A stretch of 64,000 bases of DNA from Octopus vulgaris (taxonomy: Eukaryota). A program made the position numbers and the translations under genes. The notes under the pieces are model-generated. The model had not been told where the DNA came from. It was given only the letters and a program-made list of their open reading frames with translations, and did not search any database. Positions within the stretch are counted from its first letter, which is position 1. The number at the start of each line of letters is the position of its first letter. Below, one piece after another: positions 1 to 12,337 of this stretch. The stretch covers positions 72,912,001-72,976,000 of the forward strand of contig OX597815.1 in the NCBI GenBank assembly GCA_951406725.2. The letters run 5' to 3'.

Positions 1-866
1 TTTCTATCCTCGAGCTTGCACCAAATTTAGGCCAGTTGTGTTTGTAAGTTTATTTATAAATTCACTAAAATATAAATTGAATTTAATAATGTGCATCACT
101 TACACTCAGAATAAGATTTAATCTATATATTTACATGTGCTTCCAGAAACAAAGGTTGCGTATGATGCGCAAAAATCATACACTCATAATAACACAAACA
201 TACGTATGAGTGGGTGTGTATTAACGTCTACCTGTATATAATATTTATTAATGAAATTAATTGATATTTAATGTAATAGAGAGTATTTAAGAAAACATAA
301 CTGTAGATAACCGATTAAACGATAATAAATAAACAAAAGTTGGTTTATATTTTTTAATTATTCGGAGACTAGTTTTCTCGGTGTCTGTTTAACAACGGAA
401 ACACCCCCAAAAGTTTATTCCAATACAGACTTGCCTAGTTTATCTCTCTCTCTTTTTTTCTCACCTGCTACAGGTGTCCGTTGCTCTATTATTACACAAA
501 CTACAGAAACATATCATTTTGTAATTCAACCTTAACACGCTCAAAGATTTTGCAAGTGTAAATAAGATTTGTTATTTAAGTAATTAAATTCATTAACGAC
601 GAAATAACATTTGTGAGTGAACATTACAATATGGTTAAACACGTATGTATGTATGCATGTATGTATGTGCGTGAGTGTTTGCTATATTTACATATACACA
701 TATGTGCATGTGTGTGTATACATAAAGTGTAATGATGTAATGACAAAAGCAGAGGTCAAACGAAAGTTCACATTCATACACATGGTAAATAGCGTGTTAT
801 ATATATATATGCATATGCACACACATATGCATATAATGCATTGACATATATATATATACACACATG

Positions 867-944
<78 letters not shown>

Positions 945-1007
945 CACGCATATATATAAATATTCATTTATTTATACACACGCAAAAACACATACGTGTA
1001 TATATAA

Positions 1008-1087
<80 letters not shown>

Positions 1088-1893
1088 AATTTTAAGAACC
1101 TATCATACATACATAACATCCCAAAGGAAGGGCTCGAATAAATTACAAATAATACATGTATTAATATATACGTAATGTGAACTATATTTCTGTAATCGCT
1201 TCTCTTGTGACTAAACCTTGTTTTAGAAATACACAAATACATTCATAAAACAGCGATTTCATCACCATTTATACCTTGATTAACCCCCCAGGTCAGCCCT
1301 AATCGATCGGATCTCATGATCAAAGGCATTGTCCTCTTTCTTTTTACAAGACAGTAAGTAGGGTGTGGTTTAATGGAGATTTGGGCGTTATTTCTAGCAG
1401 GTCGATTAACGGTGTAAAGGCTCGCTTCTTTGACTCGTCATCATTGTAAATTGTTTACTCTTGTATTTTCAATGGGTTCGTATTATTTTACCGGTGTTTT
1501 ACATTATTCGGACCGGGCTGATAATGAATCGTAGACGATGAAAAAGTACAAGCAAGACTAAAAGGTAAACAGATGATGTGTTTTGAAGGTAACGAACACA
1601 TTTCTACAGAGGACAGAAAAACTCAAAAATCCACGTACTTTATCAGAGTCCACAAGTTGTTTTTACTTCATTTTCAAGTTCATTGTGTGACATCATCATG
1701 CAAAGGACATTGATGTCGATGATGATAGTGATGGTGATGTCGGTAAGAATGATGGTACTGGTGGCGGTGACGATGACCGATAGTAGTGGTGGGGTGATGT
1801 TGACGGTTGTGATGATGATGTTCGCGGTGGAAGCTGTGAGATATGATGTTGGTTGTGGTGGCTACTATGGTCTCGATAGAGTGTTAGTTATTG

Positions 1894-1927
<34 letters not shown>

Positions 1928-2233
1928 GGTGGTAATGATGGAGGTGGGTGTGATTATGGTAGTGATTGTGATGATGATAGTAGTGATCATGATGATGATG
2001 GTGGTTGTCATAATAGTGCTGGTAGTAGTGTTTGTAATAATGACTGATACATGCAGTGACGCTCGCAAGCATGGTGCTGGTACTGGTGATAAACATCAAC
2101 GAAACTAAAACTTGATGGTAATCCAGGAATAACAGAGAAAAAAATATCCCACGAGTTCCAATTAAAAAAAAAAATAACAGCGACTTGCAGTCGATCACGG
2201 GACGGAAAAATAATAAATAAAGCCACTACTTAC

Positions 2234-2494
2234 CGAAGGTGATCTCTTGGAGATAAACTGTTTGTCCATAGTAACAGGTCCAGTGCGATAAAGAAAGGTA
2301 AAAGAGGTGTTTTGTTTAATTAAGGAACCACTATAGAATCCATTCTGAGCAAAACCAAGTGGAGGAGACGGTTGGTCTTTGTCGGTGGTCGGTCCTCTGT
2401 GAGGTTGAGAAAGCTTAGCTAGATGCTTCCAGCCTTTCAACTTATTTCCGGAGAGACCCCCAACGGTTGAACGATGACAGCAATTCTCAGTCGA
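2234..2494 (-). other. Candidate exon of a host gene (5'UTR plus possible first 12 codons MDKQFISKRSPS)
   Basis: Non-repetitive sequence. On the minus strand: TAG acceptor at 2495-2497, ATG at 2269 and a strong TCG|GTAAGT donor after 2234 (exactly 12 codons, phase 0). No homology recognised. Confidence 0.3.
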
Positions 2495-3524
2495 CTACAC
2501 ATGCACACATACCAATACATATATAAGTACACCTATATACATACATACACATATATATATATATATATATAGGCTTATTAAGTTATCTATTTAATCAGTA
2601 TGCGCATGAAGATAATATTCGCGTACGTTTTATTTTTTACCTGTATATCACATGTACTTTATTTAGTTAAGTATGTATATTTATATATAGATACACCTAG
2701 ATATATAACCACAATTAGATGCACACGTATTGAATGGTGAAGTACCGACCGTCCGTACTCTTAACGAAATCTGCTTAATATTTTATTAAATTTATCCTTT
2801 ATTAACAATTTAATGCATATTTTTGACTTGCGGCATTTGTTTTCCGAAGACTCTTGAGAGACAGACAGAACGAAAAACGAAAGAAGAAAAAAGATGATGA
2901 ATCGAAATAGCAAGCTAGTAAACAATCAACAAAGAGTATTGTGGAAAAACGATACGGTCCGGAGATAAAGATAGCATTCAAATGTGTGTGCACATGTTTG
3001 TTATACAAATATGTATGGAGTGATCGGCTTTGAACTGCACGCTGTTACTAACAGAGAATTTTAGACACGGTTTAGCATGCAGCGGTTTGGTATTTTATTT
3101 GTTGCCAAGCCTATGGTGGTCGCTGGCTGGACTGCTGCTAATATCGACTGGAACTAGGTAAATCCTCAACAGAAGTGAAATAAAAGAGAGCGGACACGAG
3201 GAGAGGAGAACCGCACAAAGAAAATTGTGGTTTGGGGAAGGGGATCGCTCAAACCGAGCATATTTCATTACAGAGTAGCGGCATTCCCCTTAGATGGGAG
3301 AAGAGGAAAGAGTAAAATTAAAAAGGAAATAACAGCAAAGGAGTAAAAAAAAAAATGGGAGAAAAAAAGGAATAAAATATAAATGAATGGAGTAGTGATA
3401 AAGGGCGGGAAGAGGAGGGAAAAAGCGTAGTGTCGAAGTGGATGGGTGATAGAGGAATAGAAAGAGGTCGAGAAAGAAACAGAGATAGAGAGAGAGAGCA
3501 ACATAGAGACAGAGAGGGAGACTG

Positions 3525-3555
<31 letters not shown>

Positions 3556-3934
3556 CGGGGACAGGGAGGTATTTAAGAGAAAGGGAAAATGAGAGAGAGA
3601 AGGATAGGGAGGGAGATGTGACGATGGGGTAAAGAATTTAAGCGGGAGCAGATTAAAGATATTGGTTAATCGAAGGAATGGGAGGAAGTGAAAAAAAGAA
3701 TTTATGTGAAGTTTTAACTTGAAACCACTATAAAGAGAAAGAATTAGGCCGAAATACTCACACGCGTATACACATATACATTACACACGTGCATGTGTAT
3801 GTGTGGAGTATATATGTATGTATGTATGTATGTATATATGCGTGCGTGCGTGTGTGAGTGTGTGACTACATATAATATAAGCATGAGTGTATATATGTGT
3901 GTGTGTTTGTGTTTGGAATTTGTGAGTATATGTG

Positions 3935-3987
<53 letters not shown>

Positions 3988-4120
3988 GTGTGTTTGTATG
4001 TTATATGTGTGAGCATGTGTGCATGTGTTATATATATATATATATATATAAATATGTGTGTGTGTGTGTGAGTATGTGTATGCGTGTTATATATGTGTGC
4101 ATGTTATATATGTGTATATG

Positions 4121-4155
<35 letters not shown>

Positions 4156-4297
4156 CAATATCTACACACATGCATATACATGTATATGAATATATGGATG
4201 TGTGTATATATATGCATGTAAATATATAGACACATAAATACATATATATAGTCATATACATATATGATATACACATACGTATAAACATGCCTATGTT

Positions 4298-4575
4298 TTT
4301 TTACTTGTTTCAGTCGTTATACTGCAGCCATGCCGGGGCACCGCCCTGAGGGCGGTTAAGTACAACGACACTGCGTCAGGACTTTCTTTCGTAAACTTAA
4401 GACTTATTCCATCGATATCTTTTTGGGAGAAGCACTATCTTACGGAGACGTAATCAAACCAACACCGGGGTTGTCAAGCGGCGGTGGGTGACAATCACAA
4501 ACATAAAGACACAAACACACGCACACGCCATGGGACAGAACTCGGAACCATGCGGTTGGAAAGCAGTCTAAATAT
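4298..4575 (-). mobile_element. tRNA-derived bipartite SINE (family B), degenerate copy
   Basis: Matches the reverse complement of the family-B tail seen at 29790-29975 and 41740-41930 (ttttacttgtttcagtc...gcagccatgc...aacaccg..ttgtcaagcgg). Confidence 0.7.
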
Positions 4576-4642
4576 GTTTTTGCATGCATATCTATGTATG
4601 TGTATATGGGTATGTTCGTGTATACGTATTCATATATATGTC

Positions 4643-4708
<66 letters not shown>

Positions 4709-4709
4709 T

Positions 4710-5230
4710 ATATCTATTCCCCCTCTTTCTCTCTCTCGCAACTCACACGTGACCATCGTCCATCTTTCTTTTCCTCACGTGACCGTCTTTCTTTTCCTTA
4801 CACGACGTTCTAAGGACTGAACATCTTCTGTCTCTCCATTCTATCTTTTTTTCTTTTCAAAGAAAATATTTCTTCCAGCGTTTAGTATTTCCCCCCTTGT
4901 TCTGGTCTAAAGACACTTCATGTTTGTTTTCGATCGGTTCCCTTGTATGTCTCAACTGTCCTGTTTTTGTTCCCAACTTTGACCCTCCATAAAATCCAAA
5001 ATTCATTTTGGAAGTAATGTGAGCAACTGTCTTCAAAGACTCATATTATCGTGGAATGCTTGAAATGAGTAGCAGATAGACAGCCGACAACTGATGAAGG
5101 GTCGCTCTTTGTGTTACTTGTCCTGTTTTCAATTTTTCCTCTCGTTGTTTGCGAATTTAACTCGTTTGTTTTCGTACTTCATGTTGTTTACACAGTTGGT
5201 GACGTCCTGTACCCATATAAGCTATGCATA
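4710..5230 (+). repeat. Interspersed ~500 bp repeat (second copy 52463-52925), probable Penelope-like solo terminal repeat
   Basis: Clear colinear similarity with 52463-52925 (e.g. ctgtcctgtttttgttcccaactttga; gacagccgacaactgatgaaggg). Both copies directly follow (TA)n tracts. The PLE assignment is inference. Confidence 0.6.
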
Positions 5231-5369
5231 TCAAGATTAATCAGCCGAAATTACTACGATGATCCGGTTCTTGACTGAAGACTGAGGGTTTCGAATGTCC
5301 TGTCCGTGTTTATTGTATCGTCTTCTAAGAGTTATACGTTCTTGTCCATGTTGTATTTTTCTACATACC

Positions 5370-5419
<50 letters not shown>

Positions 5420-5497
5420 TATGTAATTATCTGTATATATATATAGATAATTATATGCCTATAAGGGATGATGATTAATTTACTCTAAATAATATAT

Positions 5498-5563
<66 letters not shown>

Positions 5564-5751
5564 AGAAGAAGAAGAAGAAGAAGAAGAAGAAGAAGAAGAA
5601 GAAGAAGAAGAAGAAGAAGAAGAAGAAGAAGAAGAAGAAGAAGAAGAAGAAGAACAACAACAACAACAACAACAAGATTGAGATTGGGAAGCTAATGACT
5701 GTTTATTATTAACAGCTTAAACATATATAAAACATCCAAGGGAATATTTTT

Positions 5752-5837
5752 TCCCTCTGAAGATATTATGCTCAGGTCATATAAATTTAATATTTACTTA
5801 ATATTTACTTAGTATTAATTGAAACAGCTGTAAGGGA
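5752..5837 (+). ncRNA. Type I hammerhead ribozyme, canonical core
   Basis: tccct-CTGAAGA-[57 nt stem II region]-GAAAC-agct-GTA-aggga. Stem I tccct/aggga; palindromic stem III (acagctgt) as in Penelope-associated minimal HHRs. Confidence 0.75.
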
Positions 5838-6043
5838 TGATGATTAATTTACTCCAAATAATAAACAATTATTAACTTCCCAATCTCCATTTCCTTTTTC
5901 TTCTTATATATTAATAAAAACAATATGTTTTTATATATATACCTATTATTTTGAGGAAATTTATTCCCCAATAATACTAGGTATTGAACCAGTATTTCCT
6001 TGGATTGAGCCTTCCCTTCATGAGATTAACACAACCTCTAATC

Positions 6044-6079
<36 letters not shown>

Positions 6080-6085
6080 AGGCTT

Positions 6086-6142
<57 letters not shown>

Positions 6143-6559
6143 CATACATACATACATACATACATACATACATACATACATACATACATACATACATACA
6201 TACATACATTTATGTGTGTATGTATGTATATGTATGTGTTTGTGTGTGTGTGTGTGTGTGTACCATCATCATAATAGAACTCCATTGTCCATGCTGGCAT
6301 GAATTGGAGGTGACCAGAGCTGGCAAGCTGGGGAGCTGCACCAGACCCCAGTCTGATTTGGCATGGTTTGTATAGCTAGACGTCTTCCTAACGTTGGGCG
6401 CTTTTACGCGACTCTGCACGGTTACTTTTACGTGGTACCACATGGATCACTTTTACTTGGCACTTCACGGACGTTTTTACGTGGCACCATCACGAGTGCT
6501 TTTTACGTGGCATCGGCCTAAGACTCTTGCAGGTCAATCCTCACCATCGAGGGGACCGG

Positions 6560-7290
6560 TCTTAACTCTTCTGCTGCGGAATCTTGGTCCTTCATCATCT
6601 CGTCCTGAAGTCGTTCTTCAGCACTTCGTCCCATGCCTTCCTGGGTCTCCCACTTCCACGTGTTCATTCTACTTCGAGAGCGCGACACTTCTTTATGGAG
6701 CTGTCGGCTGCACACCGCAACTAATTTATCTTACGCCTAACATCTCTCTCAAACAAGGGTGCACTGAGCCGTCGGTCAATCGGCCACCGCCCGAGGGCCC
6801 GAAGCTCTGAGAAGCCCGCACTCTACCTCTACTACAACACACATTCAAAGAGGACCGTTTAAGCAGTTATGCCCGCGGGCCCTTAATACTCTCAGTACAC
6901 CCCTGCTCTCAAAGCACTAGCGCTCTGTCGAACATGTACACTTACATTGCACATCCTGCGGAGCATTCTAGCCTCATTTCTTTCTAATCTTTGCATTTTC
7001 TCTGCATGCAGGGGCCACGTCTCACTACCATGTAGAATTATTGCCCGTATACATGCATCATACAATTTCACTCGGCGAGAGAAATCTTTCGTAGCCAATA
7101 GAAGTAACAGCTCCCTGAATTTACTCCATCCTATTCTTATTCTTGCAATCACAATCTCCGTGCATCCACGCTCACTACTGATTTAGTCTCACAGGCAGCA
7201 GAAATTATCTACTACCTTTAATGAGCCACCAGAGTATTTAAAAATCAATTTCCTGAGTCTGAGTAGTTTTTAAGGATCCTGTACATCTAC
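6560..7290 (-). mobile_element. RTE-clade LINE 3' fragment (degenerate, interrupted)
   Basis: ORF 6892-7152 ARIRIGWSKFREL...LYDACIRAIILHGSETW...LERNEARMLRRMC, and a downstream GSGRPRKAWDEV motif typical of the RTE C-terminus. Confidence 0.8.
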
Positions 7291-7641
7291 CACATACGAA
7301 TACTACCTTCTCTGGTAATCTTCATATTAATCCACTGCACCTTCATCAAATATCTGAAGCCATAAAACTGACAAAAAACAACAAACAGGCAAGATGGCGA
7401 CAGACTAGAAACGTCACATGTTTTAAATGAGTGCATCCTTTTCCCGTGTGTATTTACATGCATATAAATGCACACATATGTTTGCAAATACATACAGACA
7501 TCTTGTCGCTGTGAGAGTACCTCGATGACATTTTCGGAAAGCTGGTGAGAGCACGTGTTATGTCGTCCACAGAAGGGTGACATAATCGACATTTACGGTT
7601 TTATCTTGGGATTTTATGCGTGTACTATATATGCATGCATG

Positions 7642-7692
<51 letters not shown>

Positions 7693-7858
7693 AGAGGGAA
7701 AGAGATAGATAGATCTATGCGTGCGGTCATCCTGGAGCGCCACTGTTAGTCGAACAAATCGACCCAAGGACTTATTCTTTATAAGCCTAGTACTTATTCT
7801 ATCGGTTACACACATGCACACACACACACACACACAGACACACACACACACAGACACA

Positions 7859-7929
<71 letters not shown>

Positions 7930-8014
7930 GGAGAATTCCAAAAACACAAAAGACGAAGACAGGTGGTGTAGACAACAAACATGTATTAGTTTAACGCTCG
8001 GAAACTGAAAAAGT

Positions 8015-8050
8015 CTTTAACATTTCGAGCCTACGCTCTTCCACAGAAAG
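8015..8050 (-). ncRNA. Variant minimal hammerhead-like motif in the Penelope 3' terminal repeat
   Basis: Minus strand: cttt-CTGTGGA-a-gagc gtag gctc-GAAA-tgtt-aaag. Same fold at 34121-34156 and 56463-56498. Confidence 0.55.
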
Positions 8051-8629
8051 GAATACAGAAAGAAGCAAGGAGAGAAAATAAAGAATGTGTAGTGGCTAGC
8101 GATCTATCATGGCGAATGCCGGACAGAGGGGTCACACAGGAGTGCTAGGAAGAAGGGAAGATAATAAAGTAGTGGTGATCCCAAAATGAAGGTGCGCGTG
8201 TGTGTGTATAAGAGAGCATGTATGTGCGTGTGGAAGAAGGCTGGTGACCTTGATGTGTGCGTGTATGTATGTGTAGGAGTGTGGATGTGGGGCTGGGAAG
8301 CGGTCAGTGCTAGTGTGTGCGTGGTGGTGTGATGTGATATGATGTGGTGTTGTGTGGTATGGTGGTGTAAGGTGTGGTATGGGTAGAGATGGGGTATGTG
8401 GGAGTGGGTGTAAGGGATGGGGTGGGATGGGATAGGATGGATAGGGAAGGTGGGGTTGGATTCTGTAAGGGTGGGTGGGGTTACGAGGGAGGGGTGACGA
8501 TGAAGAGGGAAGAGAGAAAGTGGGTAGGAGTGAAGAGAAGAGAGAAGGAGAGTAGGAGTGAAGAGAAGAAGTAGGAGTCGGAGCAAGAAAGGAGAGGTGG
8601 GTGGGAGGAAGTAGGTGTGAAGGGGAGAG

Positions 8630-11350
8630 AGGAGAAGAGAGTTGAGCCCATGTGGCACAAATGAGCAAAGAGAGAAGATTAATCCCTGTTCACAGCACAA
8701 ACGTGAGTGCGAGTGACCCCTGTGCAAGGAGAATTCGAACACAGATAGGTGTTGCAAAGAGTGACCGGTAGAACGGAAATGGCGCGAGACCGGGGTGTCA
8801 TTGCCGAGTCGGATGACTCGGAGGTGTTCCGCGAACCGGTCAGCTAAGCGGCGTCCTGTTTGCCCGATGTATAGGGAAGGGCAGAGAGAGCAGGAGATGC
8901 AGTAGATCACATTGGTAGAAGTGTAGATGAAGGAGTCCGTGATGTGATAGGGTCGATGATAGGTGCCGGTGAGGAGGATAATGTTGGAGAGGTAAGGGCA
9001 AGTGCAGCAGCTTGGGCGGGAGCAGGGGAACGTGCCGGGTTGGGAGGTTGAGTTAGGGAAGAAGCTGTGGACCAAGAGGTCTCGTAGGTTGTGGGCTCGT
9101 TTGAAGGAGGGGAGGGGTCGGTTAAGTAAGATGTGTGAAGTGGAGGGGTCGGACTGGAGACGCCGGAAGGCTTGGAAAATGGTACGTTGGAGAGGTAGGG
9201 TGGTGGAGTGGTAAATGAGGAGAAACGGGAAATGGGAGACGGCAGGGCGGGTGCGGGGGGAGAGAGCAGATGCGCGGTCCACGGAACATGCTCTGGCAAG
9301 GGTGGTGTGGATAGTGGTGAGGGAATATCCGCGTAGGATGAAGTGGCGAGCCATGAGTTGAGACTGTGTCTCAAAGTCATGGTCGTCACTACGGAGCTTG
9401 CGTAGACGGAGGAATTGAGAATAGAGGATGGAAAGCTTGGTGTGTTTAGGGTGGAAGGAGGAGAAGTTGAGGTATGAGTGTGAGTCTGTGTATTTGTAGT
9501 GGATGGAGATGGTGAGAGTGGAGTGATAAATGCTGACCGAAATGTCAAGAAAGGAGACAGAGGTGTCTGAGATAGTGCAGGAGAAGTGGAGGGTAGGATG
9601 GAAAGATTTGACAAAAGAGAAGAGGGAGTCTAGATGTTCGTGGGAGAGTGAGGTCGCACCGATACAATCGTCAATATAATGGCCGTATAGTTCGGGAGTG
9701 GGACCAGTGAAACTTGAGAATATTTGGGCCTCAACGTAGCCATAGTTGGGGCCCATTCTCGTTCTCATGGCCACTACCGAGAACTGCTGGTAAAAATCAC
9801 CAGTGAACGAGAAGCAGTTGAGTGAGAGGACAACTTCAGCCAGACGAATGATTGTGCATGTGTCGAGTTGGGGGTTGGGTCGAAGATCAAGGAAATGTTG
9901 GAGTGCACGCAGCCTAGGCTCTGGATGTTGAGAGTGAAGAGAAGTTTAGAGGGGCCAAGAGGGAAGAAGAACGAGTTGAACAAACGAAGAGCGTGGTTGG
10001 TGTCATGGATGTGAGAGGGGAGGGAAGCCACTAGGAGGCAAGGACACGGTCAAGATATCTGAAGATGAGCTCGGTGGGGCAGTTTCAGGCGGAGACGATG
10101 GGGCGGCCAGGGTTGTTAGGTTTGTGGATTTTGGGGAGGAAGTAAATAGTGGGTGTGCGAGAGGTGCGGACAGTGAGGTTGGAGGCGGTGGGGGCAGACG
10201 AGAGGAGGTCATGGATAGTGGAGGACTGTTGGTAGGGGGAAGAGGTCAGTAGAAGGAAATGTCTTGAAGTTGGCGGAGAGCTTCTGCCTTGTAGAGGTCC
10301 GCGCACCACACTACCACGGCTCCACCCTTGTCGGCTGGCTTTTATGATGATGTCAGAACGGCCGAGAGTTCGGCTGGGGAGATGTTCAGATGACGGGGAC
10401 GCCTGGAAAACCGGTCAACATCGCACTGGCGGGCACCTGCAAACATCGACTGCTTGGAACTGGCCAGGAGCTGGCGTCCACTGGGATGGTCGGCGGCCCA
10501 GGTCGGTGAAGCAGTCCTCTTCATTATATGCAAGTGGAGTCTCGCGGAAAAGTACACACAATCTAACACGGCGCACAAAGTTGTGGATATCGGCACGAGT
10601 CCGAAATTCATTGCTGGATGGAGTGAGGAGGATGAAGCGCAGACCCCCTACTGAGGAGGGAGCGCTCCGCCTCAGAAAGAGGGAAGATCTGGAGGAGATC
10701 TCTATCTGAAGTGGAGAAGGGGTGGATGGGATAGAAGTAGGAGGCGTGGTGGGGATGGTGGAAGGCTGGGAGGGAGGGGATGGGGGTATGTGTGTGAGGG
10801 TTTGGAGGGACGGGGGTTGGGTGATGGTAGGGGGAGCGTATTAGGGAGGGAGAGGGATAGTGGAGGATTTGGGGAAGTGACATCGGATGTGATGGAATGG
10901 AGGAGTGAGTGGAGTTTACTTTGCTTAGTTTGAGAAATTGATGAAATGATTTAAATGAATTATGCAACGTAACGTAGTGTTTGCATGGGAGGGCGACTGA
11001 GAGGAGAAGAAGATGGAAAAAGCAAGAGGGAGAAGACGATCGATGGTGTGTATTTTGGAGAGATTAGAGCGAATGGTGGCAAGCATAATGCGGTAGGATG
11101 TAGTACGGAGTATGAGTAGGATGGTTGTAGCAGAGTGGAGAGTGGGGTGGAAATGGAGGCGGAAACCTTTAGAGATGAGGCGGTGATACAAGCAGCGACT
11201 GAGAAACGAAATGTGACTACAGAAATAAGTGTCTTTGAAAATTAGTAGGGAAAGGTTAATAGAAGGCTGAAAGCAGCGGAAAGGGGGTGTGCAAAGGTAT
11301 TGTTTTAGACTGTAGTGGAGGTGGTGGAGGAAAGGTTTGTAATCGGGCAT
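8630..11350 (-). pseudogene. Penelope RT + GIY-YIG polyprotein pseudo-ORF (element 1)
   Basis: Pieces in ORFs 10925-11494 (MPDYK start at 11350), 10085-10309, 9774-10031 and 8107-9774. Several frameshifts. The natural end is near VPHGLN (~8640); the rest of the 555-aa ORF is low-complexity read-through. Confidence 0.85.
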
Positions 11351-11780
11351 GATTGTCACACGAGAAGAGAAGAGAAAGAAAGAAGAAAAAAGGGGAAAGC
11401 GAGGAGAGAGAGAAGGTAAATAAAGACGTGGGGAGGAAAATTCAAAAGGTGTGGGGAGAAAAGAAAGCAAATGGTATGAGGAGAATAAATGCAAAAGGCG
11501 TAAGGAGGAGAAAATATATATGAGAAGTGGGAGAAGAAAATAAAATCAGAGAAAGAAGGGACAAAGACGGAAGAAACAGAGATAAAAAGGAGGAAGAAGG
11601 GGAGAAGAGAAGACGAAAGGGGAAAAGAAAGGGAGGGAGAGAGAGGCAAGGTAACAGGTGCGGATTAGAGAAAACAGAGCAAGAACAACCAGAGTAGGAA
11701 GAAACGACAATAGGAAAAAGCAGAAAATGCAATAAAAGTTTAGAAAGTATGAAAAAGTTACGAAAAGTTCAAAAGGTTGA

Positions 11781-11935
11781 CGTGCTTCTTTCAGTTTCCG
11801 TCTACTAAATCCACTCACAAGGCTTTGTTCGGCCAGAAGATATAGTAGAAGACACTTGCCCAAGGTTCCACACAGTGGGACTGAACCGGGATCCATGTGG
11901 TTGGTAAGCAAGCTACTTACCACACAGCCGTGCCT
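11781..11935 (-). mobile_element. SINE family B 5' half (tRNA head + CORE-like segment); a 3' half lies at 7724-7810
   Basis: Reverse complement of ggcacggctgtgtggtaagtagcttgctt...ggttcagtccc...accttgggcaagtgtcttctactat...ggaaactgaaagaagc. Confidence 0.8.
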
Positions 11936-12337
11936 CATATTAATGTATGTTTGCACACGTATGCAGATATGTCGCTGTGAGAGATTGTACCTCAATGACA
12001 TTTTCGGTAAGTTGCTGAGGTACATGTCTCATGTCGCCCACAGAAGGGTAATATAATCCACATGGACATATAAGCGTAGACATGGCTGTCATCGCATCAG
12101 TGAATCTAACCACAAGTTGACCTTCATGAATGTTTTACATATTTTGACAGTACCATTGACAGCTTATAGCTGTAATCTCCTGATTAGGCCTGTTCTTTCT
12201 GGTTTTGTGAATTTCAACTTTCCAAGATTGGAGCTGAGGCATTTAGTCACATAGCCAATCCCGCCAATAATTACTGGTAGATGTCTAAATTTATAGTCCG
12301 GGTGGAGTAGCTGCAGATATGCTGACATCTAGTAGGC

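Larger units (their letters stand above)
7927..11780 (-). mobile_element. Penelope-like retroelement 1 (Neptune-like), near full length, frameshifted
   Basis: N-term SHISFLSRCL..RLISKGFRL; RT motifs YFLPKIHKPNNPGRPIVSA, AMRTRMGPNY, YIDDC, FLDI; Cys linker CSRPSCCTC; GIY-YIG endonuclease NVIYCISCSLC..LYIGQTGRRLADRFAEH; HHR-like motif at the 3' end, which abuts (TA)n. Confidence 0.92.

Noticed and set aside
617-1242. YI/HT/CV-repeat ORFs here and throughout the track
   Set aside because: These are translations of (TA)n, (CA)n and (TACA)n microsatellites, not proteins.
1683-2198. 141-aa Met/Val-rich and poly-His ORFs
   Set aside because: A degenerate (GAT/GGT)n trinucleotide tract, open in several frames.
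8107-8630. His/Pro/Thr-rich C-terminal extension of the 555-aa ORF
   Set aside because: Read-through into the low-complexity, strand-skewed 3' UTR after the GIY-YIG domain; not a credible extra domain.
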